Below are positions 59,683-64,000 of a stretch of 64,000 nucleotides of DNA, in pieces; within the stretch, counting starts at the first letter, position 1, and every line of letters begins with the position of its first letter. The DNA lies in contig JAXMDB010000008.1 in assembly GCA_046348995.1 (NCBI GenBank), positions 211,525-275,524 of the forward strand. Reading direction: 5' to 3'. This DNA is from Hyphomicrobiaceae bacterium. GTDB taxonomy: Bacteria > Pseudomonadota > Alphaproteobacteria > Rhizobiales > Hyphomicrobiaceae. The notes beneath the pieces are model-generated. The model was not told where the DNA came from. It saw nothing but the letters and a program-made list of their open reading frames with translations, and ran no database searches. Position numbers and translations under genes: made by a program.

Positions 59683-62682
59683 CTAATGCGCCGCCTCCCA
59701 GTTGTCCGCGGCCTTGGCGTCGACCTTGAGGGGCACGGCGAGCTTCAAAACCGGCTCCGGACTCCGCTCCATGATCTTGGCGACGAGCGGCAGGGTCTTG
59801 GCGACCTCCGCCTCCGGGACCTCGAACACGAGCTCGTCGTGCACCTGCAAGAGCATGCGCGCGGCAAGCCCTGCCTCGACGAGCGCACCCTGCATGCGCG
59901 CCATGGCGCGGCGGATGATGTCGGCGGCCGAGCCCTGGATCGGTGCGTTGATCGAGGCGCGCTCGAGGAATCCGCGCATTGACGGGTTCTTCGTGTTGAT
60001 CTCGGGGAAATGGATCTTGCGTCCGAACAGCGTCGTCACGAACCCCTGCTCGTGGGCCAACCGCTTCGTCGCCTCCATGTAGTCGCGGATGCCGGGGAAG
60101 CGCTTGAAGTAGGTGGTGATGTAGTCGCCGGCCTCTTGCTTGGAGATACCGAGCTGGTTGGCGAGCCCGAACGCCGAGATGCCGTAGATGATGCCGAAGT
60201 TGATCGCCTTGGCGCGGCGGCGCACCTCCGCCGGCATGCCCTCGATCGGCACGCTGAACATTTCGGAGGCCGTCATCGCGTGAATGTCGAGCCCCTTGTC
60301 GAAGGCGGCCTTGAGCTGCGGGATCTCCGCCATGTGCGCGAGCACCCTGAGCTCGATCTGCGAGTAGTCGGCCGAGACGAGCTTGTTGCCTGCTTCCGCG
60401 ATGAAGGCGGTGCGGATCTCGCGGCCTTCCTTCGTGCGGACGGGAATGTTCTGCAGGTTGGGATCGGTCGAGGCCAAGCGCCCGGTCGAGGTCGCCGCCA
60501 TCGAGAAACAGGTGTGGATGCGGCCCGTCTCGGGATGGATGTAGGTCGGCAGCGCGTCCGTGTAGGTCGAGCGGAGCTTGGAGAGCTGCCGCCACTCGAG
60601 CATCGTGTTGACGAGCCGGCGCGCGTCGTCCGGCAGCTCCTCGTTGTTGGCGAGGTCGTCGAGGAGGCCGGCGCGCGTCTCCCATTGGCCGGTTTTCGTT
60701 TTCTTGCCCCCAGGCAGTTTCAACTTGTCGAACAGCAGCTCGCCCAGCTGTTTGGGCGAGCCAAGATTGAAGCTCTGGTCGCCGATCAGCTCCTTGACCT
60801 CCGCTTCGAGCGCTCCGCAACGCTGCGCGAAAGCGCCCGAAAGCCGGGAGAGAATGTTCCGATCGACCTTGACGCCCACACGCTCCATGTCCGCGAGCAC
60901 CGGCGACAGCGGCCGCTCCAAGGTTTCATAGACTGAGGTCATCCGCTCGGCCGCGAGCCGGGGCTTCAGCACATGCCAGAGCCGCAGCGTCACGTCGGCA
61001 TCCTCGGCCGCGTACTCGGTGGCGTCCGGCACCGGCACCTCGGCGAAGGTACGCTCGGCTTTCTTCGGCCCCGGCGGCACCTTGGCGAGGGCGTCCTTGA
61101 AGGGGATGGTCACATGGCCGAGGTGACGCTCGGAGAGCTCGTCCATGCCATTGCCGCCCTTCCCCGAGTCGAGCACGTAGGAGAGTAGCATGGTGTCGTC
61201 ATAGGGCGCGACGCGTATGCCATAGCGGGCAAGCACGGTGACGTCGTATTTGAGATTGTGCCCGATCTTGAGCGTGGCCATGTCCTCGAGCATCGGCTTC
61301 AGCACGTCGAGGGCATCGCGCAACGGGAGTTGTACCGGCCCTGCGCCCATGCCGGCGAAGTCGAAGCCATCGGCCGAGCGATGGCCGAGCGGAATGTAAC
61401 AGGCCCTGCCGGGCGCGAGCGCCAGCGACACACCGACGAGATTGGCGCGCATGGCGTCGAGGCTGTCGGTCTCGGTGTCGACCGAGATGCGGCCTTGAGT
61501 TTGCGCCGCCTCGACCCAGTGCCGGAGGCAGTCCATGGTCGTGACCGTCTCGTAGGCCTTGCGATCGATCGGCGTGTCCTTGCCGAGGGTAAGCCCGAAG
61601 GCGACGCCGGCGCCGGGTGAGTTGGTGCCGCCGTTGCGCTTGCCGGCAGCGGGCGGCGTCGAGCCGGCGTCTTTGCGCGGGAGGCTGCTGCCGACGGATT
61701 TGTCCAGAGGTGCCGGAGCATCGACGCCCAAACCCTCGGCGACGCGTTTGGCGAGTGAGTTGAACTCCATCAGCCGCATGAAGCCGAGCAGATCGTTGGA
61801 GTCCGGATCCTTGACGGCAATCTCGTCGAGGCCGATCTCGACGGGAACGTCCTGCTTCAGCCGCACCAGCTCACGGCTCATGCGCGCCTGATCGGCGAAT
61901 TCGAGCAAGCGCTCGCGGCGCTTGGGCTGTTTGATCTCGCCGGCGCGGGCGAGCAGCGTGTCGAGGTCACCATATTCCTTGATGAGCTCGGCAGCCGTCT
62001 TGATGCCGATGCCCGGTACGCCTGGCACGTTGTCGGTCGAGTCGCCGGCGAGCGACTGGATATCGACGACCTTGTCGGGGCCGACGCCGAACTTCTCCTC
62101 GACCTCGGCCGTACCGATGCGCTTGTTCTTCATCGTGTCGAGCATGCCGATGCCCGGCTTGACGAGCTGCATCAGATCTTTGTCGGAGGAGACGATGGTG
62201 ACGTCGCCACCAGCTTCGAGCGCCTGCCTTGCATAGGTCGCGATGAGATCGTCGGCCTCGTAGCCATCTTGCTCGATGCAGGCGACGCAGAAGGCTTTGA
62301 CCGCGTCACGGATCAGCGGGAATTGCGGGACCAGCTCTTCGGGGGCGGGTGGCCGGTGCGCCTTGTAGTCCTTGAAGATCTCGTTGCGGAAGGTCTCGCG
62401 GGAGGCGTCGAAGATGACGGCGATATGGGTCGGTTTGTCGGCTTCGCGGCTATCCCGGAGCAGCTTCCAAAGCATCTGGCAGAAGCCGTGCACGGCCCCG
62501 ACCGGCAGTCCATCCGAAGGCCGCGACAGAGGCGGAAGGGCGTGAAAGGCCCGGAAGATGTAGCCCGAGCCGTCGATCAGGAAGACGTGGCTGCCTTTGC
62601 CGACGGGGGCGTCGGTCGAGGAGCGATGATTGGCGATGACGCGCTTGGCGCGCGGTTCCGTGGGCTTGGCGGTGTCGGTCAT
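59683..62682 (-). CDS. polA: DNA polymerase I
   Basis: The 5'-3' exonuclease domain (FLIDGSGYIFRAFHAL), the 3'-5' exonuclease domain and polymerase motifs A, B and C (DYSQIELR, RRRAKAINFGIIYG, QVHDELVFE) are all present. 999 aa. Confidence 0.95.
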   Translation of the reverse strand: MTDTAKPTEPRAKRVIANHRSSTDAPVGKGSHVFLIDGSGYIFRAFHALPPLSRPSDGLPVGAVHGFCQMLWKLLRDSREADKPTHIAVIFDASRETFRNEIFKDYKAHRPPAPEELVPQFPLIRDAVKAFCVACIEQDGYEADDLIATYARQALEAGGDVTIVSSDKDLMQLVKPGIGMLDTMKNKRIGTAEVEEKFGVGPDKVVDIQSLAGDSTDNVPGVPGIGIKTAAELIKEYGDLDTLLARAGEIKQPKRRERLLEFADQARMSRELVRLKQDVPVEIGLDEIAVKDPDSNDLLGFMRLMEFNSLAKRVAEGLGVDAPAPLDKSVGSSLPRKDAGSTPPAAGKRNGGTNSPGAGVAFGLTLGKDTPIDRKAYETVTTMDCLRHWVEAAQTQGRISVDTETDSLDAMRANLVGVSLALAPGRACYIPLGHRSADGFDFAGMGAGPVQLPLRDALDVLKPMLEDMATLKIGHNLKYDVTVLARYGIRVAPYDDTMLLSYVLDSGKGGNGMDELSERHLGHVTIPFKDALAKVPPGPKKAERTFAEVPVPDATEYAAEDADVTLRLWHVLKPRLAAERMTSVYETLERPLSPVLADMERVGVKVDRNILSRLSGAFAQRCGALEAEVKELIGDQSFNLGSPKQLGELLFDKLKLPGGKKTKTGQWETRAGLLDDLANNEELPDDARRLVNTMLEWRQLSKLRSTYTDALPTYIHPETGRIHTCFSMAATSTGRLASTDPNLQNIPVRTKEGREIRTAFIAEAGNKLVSADYSQIELRVLAHMAEIPQLKAAFDKGLDIHAMTASEMFSVPIEGMPAEVRRRAKAINFGIIYGISAFGLANQLGISKQEAGDYITTYFKRFPGIRDYMEATKRLAHEQGFVTTLFGRKIHFPEINTKNPSMRGFLERASINAPIQGSAADIIRRAMARMQGALVEAGLAARMLLQVHDELVFEVPEAEVAKTLPLVAKIMERSPEPVLKLAVPLKVDAKAADNWEAAH

Positions 62683-62805
62683 GGGGCGCGAGTATAGGGG
62701 GGAGGGGGCCCAAGACCAAGACGGCAGGTTAAGGCCGGGAGGCGGCCATCCCCACCCCGTGTTTGCGATCCTGGCCGACTTCGGCTACACGTATCGGCGG
62801 CCTAA

Positions 62806-62882
62806 GCACCCATAGCTCAGCTGGATAGAGCGCTGCCCTCCGAAGGCAGAGGTCAGAGGTTCGAATCCTCTTGGGTGCGCCA
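62806..62882 (+). tRNA. tRNA-Arg (anticodon CCG)
   Basis: 77-nt cloverleaf. Acceptor GCACCCA/TGGGTGC, D-arm GCTC-AGCTGGATA-GAGC, anticodon arm CTGCC-CTCCGAA-GGCAG (anticodon CCG), T-arm AGAGG-TTCGAAT-CCTCT, discriminator G, encoded CCA. Confidence 0.9.
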
Positions 62883-62917
62883 AACTCCCCGATGAGCCGT
62901 CGACCTTTGAATTCGCG

Positions 62918-63658
62918 TCATCGCGCCTCGAGCCAAGCAGCGATATCCCGGACACTCAACGCGCTGAAGTCTCGCACCACCAGACTTGCACCAGACAGAT
63001 CGTCAGCTTGCGTGTACCGGCTGGGGGACGCAATGCAGGCGAGGCCGGCTGCTCGAGCGGAGGTGAGGCCATTCCAGGAGTCCTCGAACGCCATGCACGC
63101 AGACGCAGGAAGCGAGAGCAGCTCCAGCGCCCGCTCGTAAACGTCCGGCGCCGGCTTCTTCCGCGCAACCTCGTCGCCCGCACAGATCACGGAGAAGACC
63201 TCGCCGGCGTCGCGTCCGAAGCAGCTGCGAACCAGGGCGTCGACATTGGCGCGGCTGGTCGTCGTGGCAATCGCCGTGACGACCCCGGTGCGATGAGCCT
63301 CCGCGACGAGCTCACGGATTCCAGGCCTCAGGGATAGGGCCCCATCGTCGACGAGGCTGGCGTAGATCTTCGTCTTCGCGCGATGGATCGACTCGATGTG
63401 CGACGCATATGGCCCCGGATCGACGCCAAGATGATCGCGAAGATAGGCCGCGATGCGCTCCTTGCCGCCGGTTGTTCTGAGCAATGCGCCATAGAGCGGC
63501 TCATCCCACACCCAACCGTTCTTCAGGTCGGGCGCCCTGTCATGAATTTTCTCTTGAGCGAATGCGGAATTGAAGGCCTGGCGATGCAGCTCCTCCGTCT
63601 CCGCCAGCGTCCCGTCCACGTCGAAGATGAGGGCCGCGAGGCGCATAGCGTCAGCCAC
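62918..63658 (-). CDS. HAD superfamily hydrolase (subfamily IA, CbbY/phosphatase-like)
   Basis: Motif I, FDVDGT, plus a C-terminal HAD core. The start is 63658 or 63646. Confidence 0.8.
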   Translation of the reverse strand: MADAMRLAALIFDVDGTLAETEELHRQAFNSAFAQEKIHDRAPDLKNGWVWDEPLYGALLRTTGGKERIAAYLRDHLGVDPGPYASHIESIHRAKTKIYASLVDDGALSLRPGIRELVAEAHRTGVVTAIATTTSRANVDALVRSCFGRDAGEVFSVICAGDEVARKKPAPDVYERALELLSLPASACMAFEDSWNGLTSARAAGLACIASPSRYTQADDLSGASLVVRDFSALSVRDIAAWLEAR

Positions 63659-64000
63659 GTCCAGCCAGCGCTTGAATCGCGAAGCCCAGCTCGTCGAGCG
63701 TGTCGATGACGATATCGGCCCCCAATAGCTCGACGGGGATGTTCGTGTAACCGCCCCGAACGGCGATGCTCGCGACCCCTGCCGCGCGGGCCGCCTCGAT
63801 GTCGGCTGGGCTGTCGCCGACCATCACGGCGGACCCGATCGCAACGTCGAGCCGATGCAGGGCAAACAGCAGCATGTCTGGCGCAGGCTTGCGCGCCGGC
63901 CCCGTATCGCCGCCGACGATCACATCCGTATCAGCCGACCACCCTAAGGCCTCGACGATGGTGCGCGAGAACGTCTCCGGCTTGTTCGTCACCACACCGG
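63651..64000 (-). CDS. HAD superfamily hydrolase (phosphoglycolate phosphatase-like). C-terminal part only, since the N-terminus lies beyond the window end
   Basis: HAD motifs III and IV (KPAPDMLLFALHRL, MVGDSPADIEAARAAG). The ORF is open at the window edge. Confidence 0.7.
   Translation of the reverse strand, partial: GVVTNKPETFSRTIVEALGWSADTDVIVGGDTGPARKPAPDMLLFALHRLDVAIGSAVMVGDSPADIEAARAAGVASIAVRGGYTNIPVELLGADIVIDTLDELGFAIQALAGRG

Overview
This is a high-GC (about 65-70%) chromosomal segment that looks alphaproteobacterial (Rhizobiales-like). Supporting gene order: rph divergent from hrcA-grpE, dnaK-dnaJ, infC standing alone, LemA-M48 pair. Most of the window is densely packed core and housekeeping genes. 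These include an MFS transporter, ClpB, MoaA, IF-3, the HrcA/GrpE/DnaK/DnaJ heat-shock genes, RNase PH, PyrF, RdgB, HemW, a LivGFHM ABC importer, DNA polymerase I, tRNA-Arg(CCG), several two-component systems and assorted oxidoreductases. I found no transposases, integrases, CRISPR arrays or rRNA genes. The stand-out region is 47.1-57.3 kb. There, a sigma-54 activator and a Cys-containing PAS histidine kinase are encoded divergently from a near-perfect sigma-54 promoter (TGGCAC-N5-TTGC). That promoter drives an operon encoding a small secreted protein, a secreted methionine-rich protein built from about 31 tandem Gly-Met-X tripeptide repeats, a pentaheme c-type cytochrome, a Tat-exported DMSO-reductase-family molybdoenzyme, its 4x[4Fe-4S] subunit and a TorD/DmsD-type chaperone. 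I interpret this as a candidate periplasmic oxidant-scavenging module: a sacrificial Met-rich protein is re-reduced by a dedicated molybdenum Met-sulfoxide reductase. It would be analogous to, but built differently from, the MrpX/MsrP hypochlorite system; a copper-binding role is the main alternative. Other notable items are a family of nested-palindrome intergenic repeats flanking the heat-shock operons, paired stem-loops between two convergent genes, a membrane-anchored patatin-like phospholipase, two DUF1330 paralogs, and a probable non-AUG start for infC. Many long ORFs in the six-frame track are antisense or shadow artefacts of the high GC content and were not called.
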